DNA of 64,000 bases from NCBI GenBank assembly GCA_040954595.2, contig CM082577.2:16499903-16563902 (forward strand), written 5' to 3'. The notes below the pieces were generated by a model. It saw nothing but the letters and a program-made list of their open reading frames with translations, did no database searches and was not told where the DNA came from. Shown here piece by piece: positions 35,505 through 47,269 of the stretch. The stretch's first letter is position 1; the number at the start of each line of letters is the position of its first letter. The position numbers and the translations under genes are program-made. Origin of the DNA: Balanoglossus misakiensis (taxonomy: Eukaryota; Animalia; Hemichordata).

Positions 35505-37443
35505 AGGCGAAACTCCCGTATAAAAGCGCGAGAGCATGCAAGAGTTGGCATAATGGTGGGAAATCCAAACTCACTAAGTACAGAACGGAGGTTGTCCATA
35601 ATAGACAGTAAATTTAGAGGTCTACCGATGATTTTTTGTCTCTATATTAAAAAAAGAGTGCATGAGTTTTTCAGCGCGACATTTGCGAATTCTGGTGCAA
35701 TATAATTTGAAAATAATTTCGAAAACCGAAGAGGCAATCATATTTTCTCCGAGATATAACCGGTATATCGGTACGATGTTTGAATCTGCGTGATTGACGT
35801 ATTATGCAAATCAAAATTTGGCACCATTGATACATTGTGGCGTTGATTGCAAAGTGTGCGAGACCTGAAAATGGGGATATGATCATACCAAATTTATCAC
35901 ACATGAACATGAACACATCCATAAATTCGGTAGTTCTCTTCTTGGAAATTGTGTTGGCCCTGAAAAGGACCGTACAAAGTGAAGAGGGGAAAGCCTCATC
36001 AGTGCCATTTATGCCCAACGTAAGGAACACCGGGTAAATTCAGGTAGAGACCACGGCCAAGTCTCAGCACACATTCTGGCATAATCTCTCTATTTGTCCA
36101 CACTCTCGAGGTGTTTTCCATCTTTTCCAGCAGTTAACGTTTTCCCTTCTTTCGGATGTACCCTGGAAAGCGCCAAGCGAAACGGTCGCTTAGCTGTTTC
36201 CAGCTCGTGCTTTCTGACCCGATCCTAGCCAAGACTGCCTATGTGTGGTAACACATGGCGAACAAAATCAAAATTCACAGTTGTCCAAATCTCCGGAAGC
36301 CGATGTGCTCATGAACACGGTGTTTACTTCGACGCCTGCTGCATCCGATACAGCGGCAGTGTCCCCAGCATCCAACTCGCCGGTAGCCGATACCACGCAC
36401 GGTACTAACCCCCGCGGTCGCAGCAGGTGAACTTATGTGCCCCCGACACTCGATGACCGAGAGCTCCCATTCATTCATGGCAAAGAAAATTTCCAGTGCT
36501 TCCTCCTGCTCTTCAGTGACCGCTATCTTGATAATTCGTGTCGACATGATGGATTCAGCTGACAACACGTTCCGCGGGTACGTTTACTAAGAACTAGCTG
36601 GATCGCGTGGGTATAGAAATGTGTTTGCTTTTGGTGGGCGCGGGATCCCCATTTGAAGTCGAAGTAGCGAAATATAAGCATTCACCATGTTAGGGAAGGA
36701 AGAACAGTGAAACGTATATGCTTTGAAAATATACAAAGTCGTCATTTCGACAAGTTTTAGTCATTTAATATTAGAAATTTATCGTATTAATTCGTGAACG
36801 CGGTTTTTCTCAGTTGTATTTTAATGTTATGATTTAAAAATTGGCAGAAAAAAAAATATTTTCACCTACCATGGTAAAATGGACCGGTACGAAGTTTTGG
36901 TAAACTGTTGCAATTCTACTCACACTTTTGCGCCAATATTTGGTAGCAAATTTATCGCATGCAAGTCATCACAATATCAAGAGTTTCGTTCTAATAATAA
37001 GAAATTATGATCATATAACAACAAAAGTCTGCAAATCATGATGCAAACTGAGGCCGTTGAAGTAAATAATCATCAGCGTCCAGCTGGTCCACCTACTCGA
37101 CCCATCAGAGATTCAACTCGCGATCGGAGCCAAGTGAATCGCCGCAGGGGGACCTACCCGTCCGACAGCAGTGAATGCATGAGACAACGAAATGTGAAAA
37201 GGAAGCTGGGCTAGTACGAGTTCGAAAAACGACTGTATTCAAAACTAAACTGTGGGAAAAATGGTTGGAAGTACTGTATCGTGTATGAAAAGTAAACACG
37301 TGTAGATGTTTACATTTTGAGTGCGTGTTCCATTTGGGAGGTGAGAGGTCAATTGTTGTAACAATATAGTGGCGTTAGAGCTTTAGCCACGCCCACATTT
37401 TATTGATTTTTTTCTCGGTAGGGCCCTACCGAGAGTTCCGCCT
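35505..37443. mobile_element. Internally deleted Kolobok transposon with a KolX-like remnant (minus strand, about 36550-36000)
   Basis: TIR aggcgaaactcccg / cgagagttccgcct, TTAA TSD. Removal restores QLRL-THIPS. The minus strand reads CSPCVTTHRQSWLG...REIMPECVLRLGRGLYLNLPGVPYVGHKWH*, resembling the KolX/P2X7-C-terminal-like motif. Confidence 0.75.
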
Positions 37444-40034
37444 TTAACACACATCCCTTCTCTTAGCAACAGAGCAGATGACGCCTCCCGAGAAATTACG
37501 ATGGGTGAAAAAACCTTAACCGATTCCGTGTGGAGGAAAATAGACCAAAAATTTGGACCTCACGATGTAGACGCCATGGCCAAGCAATCAAATGCAAAAA
37601 TCTTCAACAAGAATGACAACCTGTAAATATACCCCTGTTTCCCATTCAATCAGCCGTAGTCGCGCATGTAATAAAGCAAAGGTTGCGAGCTACTCTGGTT
37701 TTAAAGTTTGCTGGATCCACCCCCGTGTGCTGGCCCGTGGTAAAAGAATACGCATCAGAATACTGTCGAGTGGCGACTAAGGGGGATAAGAATGCTATAT
37801 TAGTCCCGTCAAAGGAGGGCTATATACCGCACATCCTGCGTGGTGCTCTCGTCGCGGCGGCGCACTTCAGACACTAGGGAAAGACATATATGTATAATGA
37901 GCGTGCATTCTTGAAACGCAAGTCAAATATAATAGTAAACTTGATTAAAAAAAACAACAACAACTAAATAATGTAAACAAATCAGCCGAAGAACAAGCAA
38001 GAACACACATCACCTCAAAACAGGCGATTGTTCCCAGCAAAATTAGATTTCTGGAATATATTTTACACATAATTCAAACAGCCGAATCTAACGTCGAGGC
38101 ATACGTTTATGCCAGAGATATGGCCTTATTATTTAAGGTGTTGATGTTTTCTGGTGATAGGGGACCTTGGACAAATAAAAACACAAGAAATCCTACGACA
38201 AGACAACTCTGGCCTTATCTTTAATCATACCTTCGGCAAGACGTTAAGAGGAGAAAACTCAAAGATTTCCGTCATAAAGAGATGCCCTGACAATATAATG
38301 TGCGCTGTAGATATTCTTAATGGGTATGTAAAATTTGCTAGCAATATTGGAATAGACCTGACGGTAGGCTATCTTTTCCGACCCTCAACGCCGCCACGTA
38401 TAATCGACCAAAGGCCTTTGTCATCACAAGCTATATATCACCGACTAAAAACGTATTTAAGAGAGTTAAACCTCGATCAAGGGGAAACCCCACATAGCTT
38501 TAGAAGCGCCTGCGTAATAATGCTGACATTAGCAGGCACGGAAATGACAGAACAAGACGGTGATTCGACGTCGATGAAATATTAAGGTCAATCGGAATAG
38601 ACTTCATGGAGAGCGACACTTCGTCCTGTGAAGATATACCGACTGAAGCGGAGAATCCCAGGATTTGCACTGTTACCAGAGGAGACTCGCCAGGGATGAA
38701 GGGAGCCCTTGAAACAATACACCAACGACAACAAGAAGACGCTGATCTACGGCCATTATTGGAATGGCTGGACATCGGTCAGACCCCCACTGAAAGTGTA
38801 TTGGCACTACTCAGCCCCGCCGATAAACACACCTGGATAAACCGCGAGATGTATTATGTGGACCCGAAGATACCAAAACTCCGGAAGAAATCTGATGACG
38901 AGGAAAAGGGGAAACTAGTTATCCCCAGCGAGATGATACAGGAAGTAATCGAATTCAACCACGCAATACCATCGGCAGGACACCAGAGCTTTCAACGGAC
39001 ACTGGCCAGATTCAAAATGAAATACTACTGGTATCGGACGGTCGACGATGTACGCGGCTTCATAGCCACGTGCCGAGACTGCAACAAGCACAAGAAACCG
39101 CAGCGTTACGCAAGGTGCCCTTTAACTGGATACCACGCCGGGTCACCTATCGAAAGAGTACACCTAGACTTTCTTGGGCCACTTGAACGCTCCGAGGCGA
39201 CGAGCATATCTTGGTCATGGTCGAGCAATTCACCAAGTGGATTGAGTGCATCCCATTACCAACCCAAACGACAGAGGAAACCGCTACGGAAGGTGTAGAG
39301 GAATTCTTTTCCAGGTTCGGATGCCCGTTCGATTTTCACGGACAGAGGCAGCAATTTTGAACGCCGTTTATCCAATCTGTCTGTGTATTGCTCCAAATCC
39401 ACAAGGCTAGGATGACACCGTATAGGCCGTCCGCGAATGGTCAGGCCGAACGCCAGAACCGGACCCTCGTGGACGCAGTTCGTTGTTTCGTCCACGGCAA
39501 ACAAAATGAGTGGGAAAAATTTCTACCGCAAATAGCCAGAGCCAAACGGACCTTTGTGAACCAAAATACACACCTTATGTTAGGGCGAAGGGCGAGAGGC
39601 CGACCTGATCTTTGGGAAGCCAACGCCAGCCCAGGACCTTGAAGAATATGTGAGCAACCTGGGGAACGCCATGAAAGAAGCCCATGAACTTGCACGGGAG
39701 AAAGTGCATATCACCCTGGAAAAAAAATGAAGAGGGATTACGATTTGAAGACCCGACTCCGTTCATACGAAGTCGGGGATCCCGTTTATCTTCTGGACCC
39801 GGCAACGATTGAGGGAAAATGCAAAAAAACTGAGCCCTCTATGGAAGGGACCAGGAATAGTGATAGCGAAATTATCGCCATATTTTTACCGGGTGAAACT
39901 TCCTAGACACACCACCGCAACAAACCACAACAGGGACGCACAATTGCCCAGCTAGATAGTTAAGTTCAAAAGGTCGCTCGCTGCTCATAGCAGGCGATGA
40001 TCTTGATCTGCAGGGCAAAAGCCGAAAACAGACC

Positions 40035-40196
40035 TACTGCATCTGCCATGGACCAGACACTGGAGAACTTATGGTCCAGTGTGACAGCTGTTATTACTGG
40101 TTCCATGGCGCGTGCGTCGGACTCACCCCAAAACAGGCAAATTCAGCCGACCTCTTCCACTGCCCAATTTGCGAAGGGGAGACCGCTGCAGATTAA
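40035..40196 (+). pseudogene. PHD finger at the C-terminus of the Gypsy integrase
   Basis: YCICHGPDTGELMVQCDSCYYWFHGACVGLTPKQANSADLFHCPICE then stop: canonical C4HC3 spacing. This frame is not shown in the ORF track. Confidence 0.9.
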
Positions 40197-40299
40197 GGGA
40201 ACACATGGGAAGGGAAAAAATGCCACTGGCTGGGGCTATAACTCGTTGTACAGACGAGGAACCATTAACTGTTATTTTTCTTTCTTTTTTGTTCCCAAG

Positions 40300-41687
40300 A
40301 TGGATTCTGTAGCTGAGGAGCTTGAAGAGATTCGCTACCGCTGCAGCCGTGGGAAACTGTCTGTCCCCTCAGCATTATTCCCCAGTTGAGGCGGCTTGGC
40401 GTCAGCGAAGAGACGATGTTTTTGATGCTGCGCGAACATTGCCAGGTGGCAACGGTTCTCGGTGATATAGGGTGGATCACCACTGTGCGAGAGGAAGCCA
40501 TGAACATGTACAGAGTGGAGAAGACCGACATACTCCTGCCCGTGCCAGCTGCCGTGGCCCAGAGGACACGTACGTTACTACCCCGCGAATTCAACCCCGG
40601 CCGCGTACGAGGAGGACTCACCACCCTGACCTCCCCAAGGGACCGCCCAACAATGACCACGGCTGATGATCCCGAAGACACGCTAAGACACTCAGTACTC
40701 CCAACACGCCGGCGATCCTGCTTCATTGGAGAGTGCTGAGTGTACTGTTGCGGTGGGTGCCTCAGTCGCGAAGGGAGAAGTTTCGGAGGATTCGGACCAA
40801 CACCGTGCGAGAGTGAGGAGAGTAGAAGTCACCCGAGGGAGCAAACCCCTGAACGGCGCCCTGAGAGGACGGAAGAATGGGAAATTACCCAGCCTCCATC
40901 TCCTGTGCTGAGGAATATCGGGTTGAGGAGGCCCCAACTACTGTAGATGGCCTCGCTGACTCCGATGTTGGTGTCCCCTCCGACTATAGGATACGAATCG
41001 CTGGGGGACTTCAGGCGTTCTCGGAACCGACCGCTTCCCCGACCCATTGCCGGAAGAAGAGAGGTTTCCAGTGGCAATCGGCGTGAGCCCCCGAGAAACA
41101 CCCTATTTTACTGAGGACCAGCGTCGGATGGTGAGCGAGCTAGTGAGACGGCCCAACGTCGCCGCGTTGGGGGACATCGGCCTGGACAGGACGGCCGAGC
41201 CCTCATCATTGGAAGACCATGACCGAGTGTTCGGAAAGCTGCTTCGCGTTAATCCGGGACGTAAACCGATTGTGATCACCGCCCGGGGAACCCCAAAGAG
41301 CAAGTACGATTAAGAAATGGCAGCCTTGACCATGATGACCATGACGCGCCACTGCGATGAACAACATAAGGTCCACAGCAGGGATTTAGGGGACGTGAAG
41401 AGACTGTAGCGGACTGGCGTCGGTGTTTCCCGGAATCATATTTCGGGTTCTCGGCGGCGGTTCGACAGTTCGATGAGCGGCAGGTAGAAGCGTTGCAAGC
41501 CATCCCCGATGACAAGATTCTTATTGAAACGGAATCGCCCTGGGAACGTACGTGGGAGGCGCAGCGCATCAACACCCCAGCCTTCTTTGGAGATGTGGCA
41601 CTGGAGGTGGCTAGGCTCCGAGGAATATCGACCCGACAACTGTTGGTGCAGACGATGGAGAACGCTTGTCGCCTGTACGGGCTATAG
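40300..41687 (+). pseudogene. Accessory ORF of the Gypsy element with a C-terminal TatD-like (amidohydrolase TIM-barrel) domain, frameshifted
   Basis: VAIGVSPR, VAALGDIGLD, KPIVI, YFGFS, QAIPDDKILIETESP, TPAFFGDVALEVARLRG and ENACRLYG parallel TatD motifs. ATG at 40300 directly follows a polypyrimidine tract + AG. Confidence 0.8.
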
Positions 41688-41918
41688 GCAACACGGCCAG
41701 CGGAACTACAAACTGCCAAGGGATGTGAAGTCCGTCATCGACAGAGGAGCACATGCATAAAAATCTGCCCTGGCGGAGACGCATGCAACACGACAAGAAA
41801 CCCAATCAGGATTAGACGGTTTACTGCGTCGGACGGACAGTTCCAGGGAACTCCACAGCAGATTTCCCACCACCCGACATACAGCGGATGGGTAGGACTT
41901 CCTAAAAAGAAAAGAAAG

Positions 41919-43186
41919 ATTAAAGCTGCAAGCAGCGTTGGGGGGGCACAAGCGGTTCCCATGGTGACCAGCAAATTCCACGGCTGTATCTGCTGGGGAT
42001 ACCGAGACATGGGAAAGTAGGTCAAAGGTCACCTGAGGTCACCCCAAATTTGGGCAAAAAAATTGGACCCCATACTAGTCTAGATCCAACAAAAAACCAG
42101 ACCCCTAGCCCTATTGGTTCGCCTGCAATTAGGTATGCACATAATTAATGAGGTCTTGTGTAAGACTCCATTATGTGCTCAATACCAATAACAGCCAGGG
42201 CTCTAACTGCTCTGGATGCTGAGATATGGGAAAGTAGATCAAAGGTCACCCAAGGTCACCCAAAATTAGGGCATAAAATTTTGACCCCAGACTGGGCCAT
42301 GTCCAACCAATACCAGACCTCTAGCCCTATTGGGTAGCATGGAATTAGATATGCAGAAATAGGTCAAAGGTCATTGCCAAAATTACCAAAATATTTGTGT
42401 CATGTCCTGGCAGCATTGGTACCCATGTCCACAAAATTCATGAATGTGGTGCTTTTACAAGAGGAGGTATGGGGAATATGCATATATAATTAGTTCTTTT
42501 AAAACTGGGTCAAAGGTCATGTGAAAATTGCCACGAAAAATTGTGACAACTTCCGGTCATATGATGACTCATATCCAAAAAAAGAATTTCCGTGCTGTCA
42601 ACATTTTGGCTACAAAACGGAATTATCACTTTTCAATGGTTTTCCGAAAATCCAACATGGCCGCCATAATGATCGACCAATCACAGTGCGCTTCGCAAAC
42701 TTGATAGACATAGGTTAGGTGACCACATATCCCAAATCCCGAGAATCGGTAACCGCTGGTTCTGGAGAAGAAGATTTTTAAAGTTTTAAGTATTTTTTAA
42801 GAAAAACAATTGTAGCAAAAAAACTTTATGTGTGACGTCATGATTTCAAGGGGGTAAAATGATGGACAGAAGGTAGGCTACCTGCACACCAAATTTGAAC
42901 TCGATCGGCCTTGTAGTTTTTGAGAAGGACTCATTTAACGGTTTTCAGGAAATCCAATATGGCCGCCAGGTCACATGACTAATTAAATATTCACGGGCCA
43001 CTGCACATCTACTCATTGGCCCCTACCACCCTACCAAGTTTCAGCCCCCTAGGTGCTGCGGTTTTCCAGATCTACCTGGCCGAATTTCTCGGAAGAAGAA
43101 GAAGAAGAAGAATAATAATAATAATAAAGAAAAATTCCAACAATAACAATGGGGGCACAAGCCGCCTGAGGGCGCTTGTGCCCCCA
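41919..43186. mobile_element. HINE-like element, copy 2 (divergent subfamily), inserted in the Gypsy polypurine tract
   Basis: attaaagctgcaagcagc start, subterminal gggggcacaagc, terminal hairpin gggggcacaagc..gcttgtgccccc. Shares internal blocks with copy 1. Confidence 0.75.
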
Positions 43187-46100
43187 AAAAGAAGGACGAG
43201 TGTAGTGGAACTGCATTCTGGTCCGCAGTTGACTGAAAGCCGAAGTTGGTTGCCCAGGGCGACAGCCAGCCGAGACTGGGGAGGGCGGAGCATTGGGACC
43301 TGACTGACAGGGGCGGCACCAATCAACGAGGCCGGCCGCAGCGTGGGCAGAACTGGGGACCATGCCGTCTGGACGGGCTGAGAGCTGATCAGATGAACTG
43401 AAACCGACCCCAAAGTAACATGTAAGTAATATCCTTGCATTAGAGATAACCTTCTACTGATAAATTGTGCTACCGCTGAAAGGTCATCTGCTTTTGTAAA
43501 GGCAGTCATCGGTCGCCCGTGTAGGTACTATACACACGGTCGGCGCGTTATATTCACGAGGAGCATCCCCCCCCCCCCACCACACACACACAGGGCGAGT
43601 ATTGCTTTAATACATCGGCTTCCTAAAGAGAGAAAGAGGGGGGGGGGGATGAGAGAGAGCGAGAGAGAGAAAATTATACCACTCTCTTACGATGCTTTAT
43701 TTGTTTATTTGCTGTTTGAAGTTTCGAAGTACTTTCCCCAGGCCGGCTTCCATCCCATGCTGAAGTATACGACGGAAACAAGGTCAACTGACCTCAACTG
43801 TGTCATGTTGCCATTGCGACAAACTTATGCCAGGGTAAGAAGCTAGCAGCCATGTGTTTCTACCCTACTGACAGCCGATCGACAGGATAAAATGTTGCAG
43901 CTTTGGCCGCGTTCATCACCCTGGACAGTCTGTGTTTTTTCCACGTCCAGCAGAAGAACAATAGCTCTGTGGTATGCTTCGACCAAGAAAAACTTCATGC
44001 ACCACCATGAAACAGGTGCCAACCCCGACAAATTACGAAACTGACAGGGAACAGCGTACGGTGTGTATTGGTTGCCCAGAAGTTTATCAACATGCGTGCA
44101 CAGCCGACAACTCAGTACGCCAAAAAAGCAAGAATTTGAAGAAAACAGTATGTGATAAAAAGCCTTCCGTATACTGACGCTCCGTGGGGACGGGGACGAT
44201 GCCAAGGAGAGTCAACGGGCTAGCGACGAAACAGCGCTGCAGACGTGAGTGAAACGTCTCCTTTGTGTTTGGAAGATGAGAATGGAATGGAGGGGGTCGA
44301 TCCTTTGGCTAATCTATATTCAACAGATTGCCCCTTGTTTACTGTTGAGAAAGCGGACGCCGCAGGTGCAGGTGAATCGAGCCTGCTGAATGAATGGCGA
44401 CTCATCTCACTGGAAGGTGACCGCCGATACGACCCGAGGTTGACAGTCCCTGGACGAATTGGTGGGCTTGTGCGATTTCCATCAGAGTCTCTTCTGACCC
44501 TGTCAGCCGATTTCGTCGATCAAAGAGTGGAGACATACTCTACTCGTTGGTTCAGCGGAGACCAGCCAACGTGGTCACTCAGCGCGTATACATACCACAT
44601 GCGTGGAATTGATTTCGTCACCGGAGAGTGAAACAAAAGTTCAGCAGGAGCGAGAGCTTAACCCGACTGAAGGTGCCAGAGGTAAGCCAGCAAATGTGAA
44701 GACCCCAAAAAGAAAATTAGACTTTGACGATACGTTTATTGTAGAAAGGACAAAAACGACTGTGGTGTAAATGCGAACGCAATTTATATTGGACTTTAGT
44801 TTTTCGAATATTGCGGGAAAACATGGAACATTCGTTGGATACAGAAATTTAACATTTTTGCGTGAACATGTAGTTTTGCATTTACTTGTATGGCTGCATT
44901 TAGATTAATGATATTCTCTGAATTTTGAATTCGCTTTGACTTTGGATTGAACCTCAAAGTCCTTGTGGGGGAGGGGGGCGCTATGTGACCGAATGGTCGG
45001 TCACCACGGTGACATGACTTTTGATTGACAAGGCCGTCTGCCTCCACGTGGCAGACATGAATTTCTTTGGTTTACCCAACGTAAAGTTAGCAACAGCCTC
45101 AGCTTCATCCTCAATTTCGTGTGACCTTTCAAGCTGAGGTTGAAGATGAGGCTGAAAGGTTACCTCAGCTCCGAAGATTAACAATCTGTCATCGGCGATT
45201 TGTTAACTTGAAGATAATATTTAAATATTATCATACATGCAACGCCTGTATTTGCCACTCTTTATTATTCTCACAGGGAAGATATCAGCCGTAAATATCT
45301 TGCGCGTCTCAAACTATTTTTGAGAACGCACTGAAATCATCGCAAAGTATACAAATGTTGACCATAAGGGTAAGAGCATACGTCTGAAACCTGAGGGACT
45401 GAGTCACCCCCATCCCCCAAATGCTGGGGTGACTTACAGTTCCGAGGGGTGAAAGACATGCTGTTGCCCGAAAAGCCAGTCAACATGTGTTTTGTAACAC
45501 ATCTCATCCGCAGCCATGCATAATACCTTACTATACACAACGTGTATGGTGAAATTTCGTTCCCCTCGGCGCAGACGACATCTTTGTTACTTTCCGTTTC
45601 GCGCATGCGCAACTCGTCAAAATACGGACATCACTCGAATACGACGCGTTATCAATCAAACTTAGTGTAATAACCCCTAAATATCATTTCTCTCACTGAC
45701 TTGGATAGATGTAAATACGGATACGGCTTCTGGTTTTTAAATGCTTTATAGTAGGGAATAAGGAACACCTGAGGGTAAATTGCTTCGAGGTCAAAGTTCA
45801 TGGCAAATGTCAATAAAAACATCAAAATCATCGTAAATTTCGGATATCTGAAGTGATCTAAAGTTGGTTCCAAAAGTATTGTTGTATTGGACCTGATGTT
45901 CGTGTGGACTGTGGGTCGATAAGCCCATGGATAGTACCACTCTCTCGAATGGTGCTACACTAACCTATTTTATTGGTAAATAGATAGAAAATATACCAGT
46001 TCTTCGACCCAGAAAGGAGGGAGTGTTACATTACAAATATTAATAAAAGTAACATTCATTGTCTGTTGTATTATTTGAACACAATTACCTTTATTAAAGG

Positions 46101-47269
46101 ATCCACATCGTCTCATGCACATTCACGTAATGTCGGGGCTGCAAGCAAGATCCACGATGCCTGCGGCTTTCCTCGTTCCATAACATTCAAAAGGGGGACG
46201 TTGTACAAGTTGTGAGGCGCTTTGGTGCGCTTCGTCGTCTTGTATGGAGGAGGTGTGCTCTGTAACGGCGATCGGTGCACGAGTCAGACGGCGCAACAGA
46301 TTGGTTATAAATTGCCAGCTCAGGCTAGTATTGGGAGTGAGCACGGCTGCTGTGGTGGGAGGCATCGGCTGTAAGACACAAAGTCGAGCTTGCCCGACAG
46401 AGCTGGGTTTCCACAAATCTTGTGTATTTTTAATATTCACACTTCGGATTCGTTTAGTGGCAAACCGCCCACAATTGAACAGTTCACTTGGAAAGTTTCA
46501 TGTATTTCTGACGGTGCGCCTGTATTTGTGGTACTGTTTTATGATGTAATGTACTTGTATGCCCCTGTAGATCATAACGAACACGTGAGAAAATTGCTCA
46601 ACGGCCCCCACTACAGACGGCCCGAAACAAAGTCGACCTCTCTACGAACTGAAAGCACCCTCTGGCCAGGCAAAACTAATCCCGATGATTGTGACAAGAT
46701 AAGCTAATCTTTAGTCCCCATTCACATTGTGGTTTGCACAGTCGTGGCCAAAATCATCTCGCCAACCTTTGACTTTATAAAGCAGAACCATGTTCGTCCT
46801 CTTCTGGTTGTTTTTACGATTTTTGCGATTTAGACGGGCCAATGTGACCCGTCAATCGTTTTTAAACGAGGTAAACGATATACAAGAGTTAACTTGTGAT
46901 CAGCCCCCAAGGCGAAACTGTTGTTGTGGTCACCAGCAGCGTGGGGGAGATTCTGCGGTCAAGAATACGCTTGGTCTTTCTAACAATAATAGCCGCAAAT
47001 ATGCCATGGGTGAATACGGTCGATCGGAGAGTATGGTACAACCTAACAAGTGACCTATCGGTCAAAAGAGCTCTGCTGACTTTAACATTGTAACCTGGGC
47101 GATGATATGAATACCCTAGGTTTTAATTCATAACAATTGTATTCTATTGAACAAAACCAAACATACATGTAGACATCACAAGTATTTATCCAAATTCAGC
47201 TTGATTCATTGCGCTAAAGAAAGAAAGAATTGAATCCTAAAGAACAACATCAAAAGGAAGCACCAAGGT

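Larger units (their letters stand above)
30560..38550 (+). mobile_element. Decayed DIRS/Ngaro/PAT-like tyrosine-recombinase retrotransposon interrupted by three insertions
   Basis: gag with CCHC knuckle KCFVCGKEGHFARDCP (about 31197-31245). RT: KPRMCIDMR, DDKSGYDHV, FNTLPFG, YIDDRHG. RNase H: VTDASSYKWG, HINVKEAEA, RTDS, HIPSLSNRADDASR. MT-like FGPHDVDAMA. YR: GDR.GDLG, TFGKTLRG, YLFR, TPHSFRSAC. Many frameshifts; the YR C-terminus is missing. Confidence 0.85.
38550..43534 (+). mobile_element. 3' part of a decayed Gypsy LTR retrotransposon: integrase, PHD finger, TatD-like ORF, PPT, putative 3' LTR (43201 to about 43534)
   Basis: Integrase HHCC (H.IPSAGH...YYW...C.DC), ERVHLDFLGPL, FTKWIE, TDRGSNFE, TPYRPSANGQAERQNRTL and GPY/F-type WKGP. 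A purine tract ending gaaggacgag is followed by TGTAGT at 43201. The LTR end is tentative. Confidence 0.85.

Noticed and set aside
40900-41687. Host TATDN gene or bacterial contamination/HGT
   Set aside because: Intronless, frameshifted and embedded between Gypsy integrase and the PPT/LTR in clearly animal DNA.
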